DNA of 64,000 nt, taken from Gemmatimonadota bacterium (GTDB taxonomy: Bacteria > Gemmatimonadota > Gemmatimonadetes > Gemmatimonadales > GWC2-71-9). The translations under genes and the position numbers were made by a program. This document shows, piece after piece, positions 53,209 to 62,822 of this stretch. Location: NCBI GenBank assembly GCA_036679605.1, contig JAZDCZ010000182.1, positions 1 through 64,000 on the forward strand, read 5' to 3'. The first letter of the stretch is position 1; each line of letters begins with the position of its first letter. The notes beneath the pieces are model-generated. The model was not told the DNA's origin. It saw only the letters and a list, made by a program, of their open reading frames with translations, and made no database searches.

Positions 53209-53237
53209 TTGACTCGGCGCATGACGACGCTTAGCGT
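53209..53237 (+). promoter_or_regulatory. sigma70-like promoter immediately downstream of the tRNA
   Basis: TTGACT(53209)-N17-TAGCGT(53232); predicted +1 near 53243-53245, where complementarity to the tRNA begins. Confidence 0.65.
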
Positions 53238-53243
53238 AGAGAT

Positions 53244-53315
53244 CAGGGTGTGAGCCGCGTAGCCGTTTCGCTACGTCAGAAAGCCGGAGGGCAAGAGTTC
53301 TCCGGCTTTTTATTT
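53244..53315 (+). ncRNA. Putative small RNA antisense to the 5' half and anticodon arm of the upstream tRNA
   Basis: 53244-53256 is the exact reverse complement of 53146-53158; 53266-53279 pairs with 53117-53130 with two G-U pairs; bounded by promoter and terminator. Confidence 0.72.
53280..53315 (+). terminator. Intrinsic terminator
   Basis: GCCGGAGGGC-AAGA-GTTCTCCGGC followed by TTTTTATTT; G-U pairs favour the plus strand. Confidence 0.9.
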
Positions 53316-53320
53316 GCAAA

Positions 53321-53420
53321 TCCTACTGCCATGTTCTATCGCTTTGCTGGTCACGTTTCACATTTCACTTTTCACACTCGCAGCACTTCCCTTTCCCGAT
53401 TCCCCGTCTCCCGACCCGTC
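53321..53420 (+). repeat. Two degenerate 13-bp units followed by 7-bp tandem repeats
   Basis: tcctactgccatg ttctatcgctttg ... tcacgtt tcacatt tcacttt tcacact ... ttcccga ttccccg tctcccg. Confidence 0.7.
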
Positions 53421-56387
53421 CTACCCCCCTCCCTCACCAACCAGCCGCGCGAGTTGCGCCCGAAGCTCGGCGTTCTGCGCCCGCTGTTTTGGCTCAGCAT
53501 TGTCACGCGGCCGTAAAAACCAATCCAAATACTGAATCGCTACTGCGGTATCACCCACTGCAATCGCAAACCGGCCGGCCTCTCTGACCGCCGCTACCGC
53601 GCCCACCTCGCCGAAATAGTCCAAGCGCATGGCCGCTCGCATGGCGGCCTGTGGCTCATTGAGCGATCCGAACAGCTGGGCTACCACCAGGTTCAACAAG
53701 TTGCGCCCCTGCGCGCCTAGGTCGGGTCCCTCCTGGGCGATCGAATCCAGTCGCGGGACCAGATCTTGCCGCTCGCCGGGTTCAGCAACCAGGGCCCGAA
53801 GTTCGAAAGCGCAGGTTCGTCCGTGAAGCGCGGGATAGGAGTCTCCGCCGTCACCCAACTTCGCGAGCTGATTGGCTATGGCGCGCGCCTCTCGGTCACT
53901 GCCCGTCGCCGCACGCCAGTGGCCTACATAACAGAGGTCTACAACATCTCGAGCGTTGAACTTGGATGGCTCAAACTGCGATGCGGATCCGAGGTCCAGC
54001 CCCTTCTGTCTGAGAGATCGCGCTAGATCTGTCACCGCAGCGGCCGCCTGCGCCGAGTCACCTCTCAGGAATAGCGCCGCCTGCACCACCTCGGTACCGA
54101 GTCGTGGAGGTTGGCGCAGCTCGCGCTGCATTCGCACTGTCACCTTGGCAGCGGCCTGAGGCTGGCCGGCCTCCCAGTGACGCCGCCTGAGTTCCTCCAA
54201 CGCCTGAGTGCGCTCCAGTTCTGTGGATGCTCGTGCTAGTGCCAGCGATGCCACCCGTTGACCCACCTCGCTGTTGCCGCCGAGGCCACCGGCACCGGCG
54301 AATAGACTGCTCAACATGATCTGATCGAAGGAATATTCTTCTATCTTTTCAAACCACTGTGTGACCGCCGCGGTGTCACGCTGCCTGAGCGCCACCGCAA
54401 TGGTAGCTTCGACGTGGTGCGCCGCCACGCCCGGAAAGGAATCCTGCAGCGCGGCGAACCACCCATAGTTGTCGTCCACCAACGCCTGATCGAACTTGTG
54501 CGTGACGATCGGCCCGAAGTTGGGATCGAGGGCAAGCGCTCGATCGAACGCCGACCACGCCCGTTGCTTCACCTGTTCCTGCGTCATCCCCAGCAGTTGA
54601 CCGTAGTGGAAGGTGCGATCTCCTAGGTAATACCACGCCTCCGGGCGGTCACCTATGATCCGTGTGGCGTTGTCGGCCGCGGCAAAGCGCTCAACGTAGG
54701 TTACGGGATTGGGATAGTTCGGCCTGATCGCCTCGAGCAGAACGCGGTCCCGCTCCGGCAGCCGATCGCGATATTTCGACGCGAGACGAAACCCGTCGGA
54801 CGACTGCGTCAACATCCAACTGGCCGTCATGCTGTGCCCCATCGCGGCAAGCGCAAAAGTCGAGTCGATCGCCATGGCTCGGCCAAAACGCTCGAACGCC
54901 TGCTCCCATCGAGTGCTGCGATACGCGATCTGGCCCTCGAGGTACGCCCGCAAGGCGGGCAAAGGTACATCGACAAGAACAGCCGCCCGATCGGCACGTT
55001 CACCGGCCCGCAACGAGAACAGCTGCGCGATCAGTCGAGCCGCCATCACCGCGACACTATCTACGGGCCCGGACTCGGTAGCGCGATTCTCCGTTTCGTC
55101 GCTCACCGACGTGAGTGAAGCGTTTACCACCAGATTGTTGCCCGAGGCGATGAGGTTTCCCTGTATTAGCAAACCGGCACCTAGGATCCGCGCAGCCTGC
55201 AACTCGACTCCCGCCCTGCCCTCGCCCCCGCCGGCTCTGCGCCATGCACCGATCGCCGTCTGCGCGGTTACGGCGTGCACCCCTTCTCCACCCGAGAGAT
55301 TGCTCTCGAACAGGTTGACCATGCCTTCACCTAGGTACTGCACGTCACCGCCGCCGGTAACGGCAAACGGAAAGACCGCCACGAGTTCGGGGTCGAGCGC
55401 CGTTTCCTCGCCTCCGGACAATCCGATCGCCCAAACCGCTGCGGCAACGGCCGCGACACCCACAGCACCGAACCCAACGTGTTTCCACGTCTTCGCATCA
55501 GCCGCCGAGGCGGGCACCGCGGTCGTCGGAGTGGTGCCGCCGCTCGGCGTTGCGAGCTGCTCGATCTCGTGCAGTAACTCCTGCGCGGTCTGCCAGCGGT
55601 CGGCCGGTTTCTTGGCGAGGCATTTCATGACCGTGGCGTTGAGCACCGGCACGACGGCGGCTCGGTGCTTCGTTACGGGTTCCGGTTCATCGGTCACGTG
55701 TTGCGAGAGGATGCTTTGCGGATTGCCGCCCTGAAAAGGCGTTTGTCCCGCGAGCATTTCGTACGCCATCACTCCGACGGCGTAGATGTCGGCCCTGTGG
55801 TCGATGTTCGGATCGGCCACAGCCTGCTCCGGAGCCATATACGCGGGCGTCCCGAGAGCGACGCCGGCCGTGGTGATTTGCTGGGCGCCCGTTGCCTCGC
55901 TCACGGCCTTGGCCACACCGAAGTCGGTCACCATCGCATGGCCGTCCGACAGCATCACATTGTCAGGCTTGATATCACGATGTACCACGCCCAGGCGGTG
56001 TGCCTTCGCCAATGCGTCCACCACCTCTCGAAGAATCCGCAGCGACTCCTGGACCGGGAGTTCATGCTCGCGGTTCAAGCGGTCGCGCAGCGATTCCCCC
56101 TCTACGTATGGCATGACGTAATAGAGGAACCCATCCGCCTCGCCCGAGTCATGTAGGGGAAGGATATGTGGGTGCTGGAGCCGTGCCGCGATCTCGACCT
56201 CGCGGAGGAAACGTTCGGGGCCGAGTGTCGCCGCCAGATCGGGCCTCAAGACCTTCACCGCTACCTGGCGGTGGTGCTTCAAGTCCTCGGCCAGGTAGAC
56301 CGTCGCCATCCCGCCTGCTCCCAACTCCCGCTCGATGGCGTAGCGATCCGCTAGGGCAGTGGTGAGGCGCGTGAGGTGGTCGGTCAT
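53421..56387 (-). CDS. Membrane Ser/Thr kinase with TolB-N-like and helical/TPR C-terminal region
   Basis: GAGGMA, HRDIKPDN, DFG, GTPAYMAPEQ; TM segment; VAVFPF; A(M/L)A(I/L)D(S/P)xF repeats. Confidence 0.92.
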   Translation of the reverse strand: MTDHLTRLTTALADRYAIERELGAGGMATVYLAEDLKHHRQVAVKVLRPDLAATLGPERFLREVEIAARLQHPHILPLHDSGEADGFLYYVMPYVEGESLRDRLNREHELPVQESLRILREVVDALAKAHRLGVVHRDIKPDNVMLSDGHAMVTDFGVAKAVSEATGAQQITTAGVALGTPAYMAPEQAVADPNIDHRADIYAVGVMAYEMLAGQTPFQGGNPQSILSQHVTDEPEPVTKHRAAVVPVLNATVMKCLAKKPADRWQTAQELLHEIEQLATPSGGTTPTTAVPASAADAKTWKHVGFGAVGVAAVAAAVWAIGLSGGEETALDPELVAVFPFAVTGGGDVQYLGEGMVNLFESNLSGGEGVHAVTAQTAIGAWRRAGGGEGRAGVELQAARILGAGLLIQGNLIASGNNLVVNASLTSVSDETENRATESGPVDSVAVMAARLIAQLFSLRAGERADRAAVLVDVPLPALRAYLEGQIAYRSTRWEQAFERFGRAMAIDSTFALAAMGHSMTASWMLTQSSDGFRLASKYRDRLPERDRVLLEAIRPNYPNPVTYVERFAAADNATRIIGDRPEAWYYLGDRTFHYGQLLGMTQEQVKQRAWSAFDRALALDPNFGPIVTHKFDQALVDDNYGWFAALQDSFPGVAAHHVEATIAVALRQRDTAAVTQWFEKIEEYSFDQIMLSSLFAGAGGLGGNSEVGQRVASLALARASTELERTQALEELRRRHWEAGQPQAAAKVTVRMQRELRQPPRLGTEVVQAALFLRGDSAQAAAAVTDLARSLRQKGLDLGSASQFEPSKFNARDVVDLCYVGHWRAATGSDREARAIANQLAKLGDGGDSYPALHGRTCAFELRALVAEPGERQDLVPRLDSIAQEGPDLGAQGRNLLNLVVAQLFGSLNEPQAAMRAAMRLDYFGEVGAVAAVREAGRFAIAVGDTAVAIQYLDWFLRPRDNAEPKQRAQNAELRAQLARLVGEGGG

Positions 56388-56441
56388 CGGACACAAATAT
56401 GAACGGTTATCGACGCGTTGGCGAGGGCTAGGCCGGTCTGG

Positions 56442-56493
56442 TCCTACCGCCCTATTCTACCGCCTTGTTTTTCCGCCCTGTCCTACCGCCATG
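56442..56493 (+). repeat. Four tandem 13-bp repeats of the TTCTACCGCCCTG family
   Basis: tcctaccgcccta ttctaccgccttg tttttccgccctg tcctaccgccatg. Confidence 0.88.
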
Positions 56494-56529
56494 CTATATT
56501 CCCCACTCCATGAATCCCGGAAATCGCGC

Positions 56530-58338
56530 ATGAACCCGCTCGTCCTACTATCGGCCATCGCACTCGGCGCCGCGCCCACTGCTACTGTCGATTCACACGC
56601 GGCCGCTGCCCCAACGGTCAACTATATTGTCACTGTCTCACAGCCGCACACACACATCTTCAACGTAAAGATGGAGATAGCCGGCGTCGATGGTTCACAG
56701 ATCGATATCTCGATGCCGGTCTGGACGCCGGGCTCCTACCTCGTGCGTGAGTACGAGCGGCACGTTACGAAGTTCGCCGCTGCCAGCGGGGACGGCGGGC
56801 AACTCGCCTGGCACAAGATCGACAAGAACACTTGGCGGGTGGACGCCGCCGGTGCAACACGCGTAGTCGTCGAGTACGAGATATACGGCCGCGCACCGGG
56901 TATTCGCTGGTCGTTTGTGTACGCCGAGGGCGGTCACATATTGGGGCCGAGTCTATTCATGCACGTTGTTGGACAAACGGATCAACCCACATCGGCCAGG
57001 TTTGAATTGCCAGAGGGATGGCGGGTCGATGGCGGCATTGCACCCGCGGAGAACGACCCCTTTCTGATAGTGGCAAAATCATATCATCAACTGATCGACA
57101 CGCCGATGCTGATCGGACACTTCAGCGATTACGCGTTCGAGGTGGAGGGCATACCGCATGTGATCTTGATTCTGGGTGAGCACAACGCAGACCTCGAGCA
57201 ACTGAGCGATGACTTCACCAAGATCGTCGAAACCACGTCAAAGATGCTCGGTGGTCTTCCATATGAGCGCTATGCACTGGTCTATATGACCGTGACAGGA
57301 GGCGGCGGTATCGAACACGCCAACGGTACGACCATCGGTCTTGGACAAATTGATTTCCAGAATCCTGGCTCAATCGGAGGTATCCGGAGCGTCACCTCCC
57401 ACGAGTTTTTCCATACGTGGAACGTAAAACGCATCCAGCCGCCCGCGTTCCGGCCATACAACTACGAAGAAGAGAACTACACTGATGCACTGTGGTTCTA
57501 CGAGGGATTCACGTCCTACTATGGCGGCCGAATCCTCTACGAGGCAGGATTGAGCGAAACACTCGGTGATCCGGTCGATCTCGTGGCAAGGTACAAGTCG
57601 AGCCCCGGTCACCGGAACCAGAGCCCCGCCGACGCAAGCTTCAACGCGTGGATTCATTACTACCGCGGTGACGAAAGCAGCGACAACTACCGCACCGACT
57701 ACTACTTCATGGGTTCGGTCATCGCCAATCTGTTGGAACTGAAGATTGCTGACCGAACCGACGGTGAGAAGGGCCTGGATGATGTCATGCGCTTCATCTG
57801 GCAAGAGACACGCGACGAGGGCGCGGCTTTCGATGCCGCAGCTATCCGTGCCGCCACCGAGGAAGTGATCGGTGGATCATTCAAGGAATTCTTCGACAGC
57901 TACGTGTTTGGAACCGAGGATATTCCGTTCGCAGAGTTTTTCCAACTCGCCGGCTACGATCTCGTGGTGGACGAAGATGCGACGACTACCCGAGATCGTC
58001 GGGGATTTCTGGGAGTCGTGACGCGCGAGTCGAACGGTGGCTTGCGGATCGTTCAAGTGGTCAAAGAATCGGCGGCCTGGAGTGGCGGCCTCAACTACGG
58101 CGACGTGATAGTCTCGGTCGGCGGAGTCCCCGTGACCGGGTCCCAATCATTCACCGCGGCGCTCGCTCCGCTCGGCCCCGGCCAGAAAGTGCAGTTCGTC
58201 GTCTCACGACTCGGTCGGAACGAAACCTTCGACGTAACGCTGGGCAACCGACCCGCGCCGGTATACAAAATGATGGAGACCGCAAACCCCACCGCAAGGC
58301 AGCTCGCGGTGCGGCGACGCTGGCGGATGGAACCCTAA
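56530..58338 (+). CDS. M61 family aminopeptidase with C-terminal PDZ domain
   Basis: Signal peptide; MPVWTPGSY, GGIEH, SHEFFHTWNVKRI, LWFYEGFTSYY; GFLGV...GLNYGDVI. Confidence 0.92.
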   Translation: MNPLVLLSAIALGAAPTATVDSHAAAAPTVNYIVTVSQPHTHIFNVKMEIAGVDGSQIDISMPVWTPGSYLVREYERHVTKFAAASGDGGQLAWHKIDKNTWRVDAAGATRVVVEYEIYGRAPGIRWSFVYAEGGHILGPSLFMHVVGQTDQPTSARFELPEGWRVDGGIAPAENDPFLIVAKSYHQLIDTPMLIGHFSDYAFEVEGIPHVILILGEHNADLEQLSDDFTKIVETTSKMLGGLPYERYALVYMTVTGGGGIEHANGTTIGLGQIDFQNPGSIGGIRSVTSHEFFHTWNVKRIQPPAFRPYNYEEENYTDALWFYEGFTSYYGGRILYEAGLSETLGDPVDLVARYKSSPGHRNQSPADASFNAWIHYYRGDESSDNYRTDYYFMGSVIANLLELKIADRTDGEKGLDDVMRFIWQETRDEGAAFDAAAIRAATEEVIGGSFKEFFDSYVFGTEDIPFAEFFQLAGYDLVVDEDATTTRDRRGFLGVVTRESNGGLRIVQVVKESAAWSGGLNYGDVIVSVGGVPVTGSQSFTAALAPLGPGQKVQFVVSRLGRNETFDVTLGNRPAPVYKMMETANPTARQLAVRRRWRMEP

Positions 58339-58895
58339 AACCCCACCGCCGGGCAGTTTTCCACTTGGAACGGCCCGTGACCAGCCAACGTGTGCATCAA
58401 CCCGCTGCGCGACATGCCGCGCATGACTATGGGGCCCGACCATTTGGGTCCGAGGGATTCGGGGTCCGGCTCGAGCGAGATCACGACAAGAAACTTGTTC
58501 CACGTGACTCGACCGCCTAAGCGGTGCTCGGCGTCGAGTATGCCGAGCGGTTTGGCTTGATCCAGACTCGTCGTGCTGGCCCACACAACGTATGCTCCGT
58601 TCCGTGCAGGCCTCAACCCTTCGACGGTGAGTTCGAGACGTTGGATGTAGCTCCCGTCGGGCGCTATTGCCAAACCAAAGGGTGAATCGTCATAGTACAC
58701 TTCGGCGAAACCACGTGCGCGGGCCGAGCCCGGGACACGCTTGGTGGAGACGAGTTCGATCTTGTAGTACTCCGGGCCGGCCGCACAGACGCGCGGCTCT
58801 GATGGGAGAGAATCGTACAGCGCTGGCCCGCCGTTCCCGGTGGGCGGCAAGGCCGCCACCGGAAGCAGCAGGACCAGACTCAGACGACCGTTCAC
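58335..58895 (-). CDS. Exported hypothetical protein (weak RskA C-terminal-like pattern)
   Basis: Hydrophobic N-terminus; YVVW...PLGIL...VVISLEP...SGPIV; His/Met/Cys tail; abuts the upstream gene. Confidence 0.7.
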   Translation of the reverse strand: MNGRLSLVLLLPVAALPPTGNGGPALYDSLPSEPRVCAAGPEYYKIELVSTKRVPGSARARGFAEVYYDDSPFGLAIAPDGSYIQRLELTVEGLRPARNGAYVVWASTTSLDQAKPLGILDAEHRLGGRVTWNKFLVVISLEPDPESLGPKWSGPIVMRGMSRSGLMHTLAGHGPFQVENCPAVGF

Positions 58896-60272
58896 TTACC
58901 GGCGGGAGATCGGCTTCGACACCAGGGGCTTGTCCCACTTCTGGGCGCTCGAAACGTCGGGCATCCCCCACCACGTTCCGTTCCAACCTTTGAAACCGTC
59001 CAGGCGGAATGTCCAAAGGCCGGTGCTCATGTCGCTCACAACGATCAGTCCGTCCGCGTTGCGCACGTCGACGCCGAACGCGCCGTTGAACATCGGATAG
59101 CGGAAGTCAGGCTCGTTGGGTGCACCGACATATGTGTCGTAGTACCCGACCGTCACCGGATTCTTGGGATCCATGAGGTTGAACACTTGCAGCCCGTCGA
59201 GGTAACCGGACACGAACACGTACGGCCAACGCACCTCATGATTGTGCGTCAGGTTCTTCCAGTCGGCAGTCCAGCCCGAGATGGGGCTCCGTACGTTATG
59301 TGGCTGGCCATCCTCGGCCTGCTTATCAAGCGCGGGCTTCAAGTCGAAGATCCGTAGCGGCGCGAACTGATACTCCGTCTCCGCGATCACGTACCGCCCG
59401 TCGGGCGACGGCGTGAACGTGTGGCCAAAACTGACGCCGCTGATCCCATTCAGCGTTACCAGCAAGTTCGGTGCGTCCAGGTCCGTGATGTCGTACACAT
59501 AGTAGCCACCCGTCCCACCACCGTAGAATCGGTCGGACTCGGTGTCGGTGTGGAATCCAACATAGAAGTCGTGGTATCCACGACGGCGGGCGGTACCTTG
59601 GGGACTTTCGGGCACGGGCACCTTGGCGACGAGGGCGTTATCGACATGACCCTCAACTACCAAGCCTAAGTCGTATACGTGTGCGAATGGCCCACTCACA
59701 GTCGTGAACAGCAGTACACGACCGTTCGAGTGCTTGTAGATGAAGATGTTGTGGAAACCGCCGGGAAAGTCCGGCTCGCGTATGCGGGCGACCTCTTTGA
59801 CCTTGCTCGCGTTGGGAAGGTCGGTCACGTCGAGTACCACCGCGCCCAGATCCCCATCCGGCCCCGCCTGCCCGAACTGGAGGGACTGCACCACATAATA
59901 GCGGTTCTTCCACTTGAAGTGCTTGACGTCCATACCGCCCGTCCGGAGATGAAGCTCCTGGTCCTCGATCCGCCAGCGGTAGATAACCTGCGGGTTCGCG
60001 GGATCGGCGATCGAGACGACGTCCATTCCCTTAGGCCCCACATCGCCGTAGGCTATCCGGCCCACGTACACGTAGGGACGGTCGAGTTCCTGCTCCATAT
60101 CGAGGTCAGCGACCGAGAGCGGCGGACCAAGGGGAGCGTGCCCCATCACCTCGACGTTGTCACTTCCGGGCTTCATCGGGCTCCAGGGAACCTGCGCCGA
60201 AAGCGCTACGGGAAACGCGCTCAATGCCAAGAGCGCCGACATACTACCAACAGACAAACGACTCGGATTCAT
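58896..60272 (-). CDS. Secreted LVIVD-repeat / choice-of-anchor-B-like propeller protein
   Basis: Signal peptide; VVSIADPANP, GFHNIF, GYHDFY, FGHTF, THNHEV, GLQVFNLMDPKNP, GAFGVD. Confidence 0.8.
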   Translation of the reverse strand: MNPSRLSVGSMSALLALSAFPVALSAQVPWSPMKPGSDNVEVMGHAPLGPPLSVADLDMEQELDRPYVYVGRIAYGDVGPKGMDVVSIADPANPQVIYRWRIEDQELHLRTGGMDVKHFKWKNRYYVVQSLQFGQAGPDGDLGAVVLDVTDLPNASKVKEVARIREPDFPGGFHNIFIYKHSNGRVLLFTTVSGPFAHVYDLGLVVEGHVDNALVAKVPVPESPQGTARRRGYHDFYVGFHTDTESDRFYGGGTGGYYVYDITDLDAPNLLVTLNGISGVSFGHTFTPSPDGRYVIAETEYQFAPLRIFDLKPALDKQAEDGQPHNVRSPISGWTADWKNLTHNHEVRWPYVFVSGYLDGLQVFNLMDPKNPVTVGYYDTYVGAPNEPDFRYPMFNGAFGVDVRNADGLIVVSDMSTGLWTFRLDGFKGWNGTWWGMPDVSSAQKWDKPLVSKPISRR

Positions 60273-60395
60273 CGCATCACCTCTCAGATCGATCAGGTAT
60301 TTGGGTCAAGGCAAAAATAACGCAGTGCACCGATTATCGCACCACCGAGGACCCCGGGATGGAGAGACGGAGCCTACGTACTATTATTATAAGGA

Positions 60396-62126
60396 ATGAA
60401 ACCGATGCCTACTGCTGTGCTCGTGGCCACCCTCACGGTGGCAGCCTCGCTGGCTCCCCGTGCGATCCTGGCACAAGGCGCGGGCGGGATGACGGTCATG
60501 GATGGGAAGGACCCGGCCGAGTGGCGCATGCCCCCCATGGACATGGCCAACGCCATGGCCTCCTTCATGCAAGGGCGTATGCCCGACGTCGCACCGTTCA
60601 TTCCCGGGGCCGGGCTAACGGATGCAGAGCGAGCCGCGCTGCCCATGGCAACGGCTCAACGAACCGTCGAACTCGCCGACGGCGATACGCTCGACCTGAA
60701 CGCGGGGCTGGTGTTGCGCGACATCGGTGGAAATACGATCACCATGTACGGCTTCAACGGCCAGGCTCCCGGCCCCATCATAAGGGTCAAGCAACACTCG
60801 ACCGTCACGGTCAACTTTACGAACAACATCGAATTCTCCACAACGCTCCGATGGCACGGTGTGCGCGTGGAGAACCGCTTCGACGGCGTGCCGGGTCTCA
60901 CGCAACGACCCGTGAAGCCCGGCGAGACGTTTCAGTACACGGTTCAGTTCCCCGACGCCGGTGTCTACTGGTACCATCCGCACCAGCACGAGGATATAGC
61001 CCAAGACTTGGGACTCTACGGCAACATCATCGTCGAGGCACCGGAAGAGGATTACTACAATCCGGTGAACCGTGAGGAAGTGCTGTTGCTCGATGACATT
61101 CTGATTGACGACTTGGGGTTGTTCCCCTGGGGGTTGGAAGCTCCGACGCATGCCCTGATGGGACGGTTCGGCAATGTTCTCATGGTCAACGGACGGACGG
61201 AATACGATCTAGCCGTAAACAGAGGAGACGTCGTTCGGTTCTACTTGACGAACGCGTCCAATACGCGGGTCTTCAATCTGTCGTGGGGTGGCGCAACAAT
61301 CAAATTGATCGCGGGAGATCTCGGAAAATTCGAGCGCGAGGTATGGGTTCAGAACGTCGTAATCGCACCGGGCCAGCGTTACGTTGTCGAGGTACAGTTC
61401 GCGGAGGCAGGCAAGTTCGCTCTGTCCAACGGAATCCAGGCAATCGACCACTTCATGGGCAAGTTCTATTCACGGCGCGACACGCTCGGCACAATAAGCG
61501 TGAGCACTCAAACCACGGCCGTCGATCACTCGACGCGATTCCGTGAGTTGAGAGAGCACCCGGAAGTCCAGGCAGACATCGACCGAGTTCGCCCCTACTT
61601 CGACCGGCCGGTAGACCACGAACTGGTGATGACGGTGAACGGTGCTGCGTTGCCCAATCCCATTCTCCAATTGATGGCCATGGACACGTTGTACAATCCG
61701 CCGGTCGAGTGGAACGAGACAATGCCGATGATGAATTGGCTTGCCACTGGAGCCAACTTGACGTGGATGTTCCGAGACGCGACCGACATCGCTGAGGGTC
61801 GCGAGATCGGTCCGGCAGCAGGCTGGCGGTTCAAGCAGGGTGATGTCGTCAAAATCCGACTGTTCAACGACCCGAAGACCGTCCACCCGATGAATCATCC
61901 TATGCACCTGCACGGACAGCGCTTTCTGCTGCTGGAAACCGATGGAGTTCGGTCCACCAACTTTGTTTGGCGAGACACGATTGTCGTTCCCGTTGGCTCG
62001 ACCATCGATCTCTTAGTCGAGATGTCGAATCCGGGCAACTGGATGCTCAACTGTCAGATACCCGAGCACATGGGCTCAGGGATGGCGATCACTCTGAGGG
62101 TAGATCCCTCCTCCCAATCTCGGTGA
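60396..62126 (+). CDS. Three-domain multicopper-oxidase homologue with degenerate trinuclear-cluster ligands
   Basis: FNGQAPGP, RWHG, YWYHPH, HPMHLHG, NCQIPEHMGSGM; Met-rich N-terminus. Confidence 0.9.
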   Translation: MKPMPTAVLVATLTVAASLAPRAILAQGAGGMTVMDGKDPAEWRMPPMDMANAMASFMQGRMPDVAPFIPGAGLTDAERAALPMATAQRTVELADGDTLDLNAGLVLRDIGGNTITMYGFNGQAPGPIIRVKQHSTVTVNFTNNIEFSTTLRWHGVRVENRFDGVPGLTQRPVKPGETFQYTVQFPDAGVYWYHPHQHEDIAQDLGLYGNIIVEAPEEDYYNPVNREEVLLLDDILIDDLGLFPWGLEAPTHALMGRFGNVLMVNGRTEYDLAVNRGDVVRFYLTNASNTRVFNLSWGGATIKLIAGDLGKFEREVWVQNVVIAPGQRYVVEVQFAEAGKFALSNGIQAIDHFMGKFYSRRDTLGTISVSTQTTAVDHSTRFRELREHPEVQADIDRVRPYFDRPVDHELVMTVNGAALPNPILQLMAMDTLYNPPVEWNETMPMMNWLATGANLTWMFRDATDIAEGREIGPAAGWRFKQGDVVKIRLFNDPKTVHPMNHPMHLHGQRFLLLETDGVRSTNFVWRDTIVVPVGSTIDLLVEMSNPGNWMLNCQIPEHMGSGMAITLRVDPSSQSR

Positions 62127-62809
62127 CATTCGTCAAGCGAGACGGTACGGTTTTCTTGACTATCGGCACCGTGGTGTGGTTGGCCGGTGCGTTATTCCCT
62201 CTTGCTACGACCGAGCAGAGTGTGAATTCAACAGAAACCGGCACCGTTTCCGGCCGCGTGCTATTAGGAGGCGCCGAAGCCCCGGAAGGCGTGAGCGCAG
62301 CGAACGTAATCGTCTATCTAGTCGGTGACTCTCTCCTCAACGCCAGGCCCACCCAACCGCTGCCGGCTCCGACCATGGACCAGTTCGACTACACGTTCGT
62401 GCCTCATGTGCTGCCTGTGTTGGCCGGAACCAGAATCACTTTCACCAACAACGATCCCGAAACGCACAACATTCACACCTACACTAAGAGTAGACGCCGG
62501 AAGAACCGTACGTTCAACCAGGCTCAGAAGCCGGGCTCTGTCATGTCCGCAGTATTCCCAAGACCCGACAGCATTAGGGTGCAGTGCGACATTCACGCGC
62601 AGATGCTGGCGCACATCTTCGTGCTGCCAAATCCGTTCTTCACTATGGCGGCGGACGACGGCACATTCTCCATCGCGGGCGTGCCCACCGGCAACCACGA
62701 GTTGATCGTGTGGCACGAAGAGTACGGCACCATGAAAGCGTTGGTCGACGTTCAGACCGGTGCAACGACTACGGTGGAGTTGGATTTCTCGAGTCGACCG
62801 CGCCCGTAA
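62123..62809 (+). CDS. Exported cupredoxin-like protein with carboxypeptidase-regulatory-like domain
   Basis: GTG overlaps the oxidase stop; FVPHVL, FTNND..THNIH, CDIHAQM (H...C..H..M), VWHE. Confidence 0.8.
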   Translation: MTFVKRDGTVFLTIGTVVWLAGALFPLATTEQSVNSTETGTVSGRVLLGGAEAPEGVSAANVIVYLVGDSLLNARPTQPLPAPTMDQFDYTFVPHVLPVLAGTRITFTNNDPETHNIHTYTKSRRRKNRTFNQAQKPGSVMSAVFPRPDSIRVQCDIHAQMLAHIFVLPNPFFTMAADDGTFSIAGVPTGNHELIVWHEEYGTMKALVDVQTGATTTVELDFSSRPRP

Positions 62810-62822
62810 GCACTCTGCCCTG

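Noticed and set aside
53241..53315. T-box-like AGGGTG...CCGCG before a terminator
   Set aside because: Lacks the UGGN antiterminator bulge, stem I and a downstream gene; fully explained by complementarity to the tRNA.
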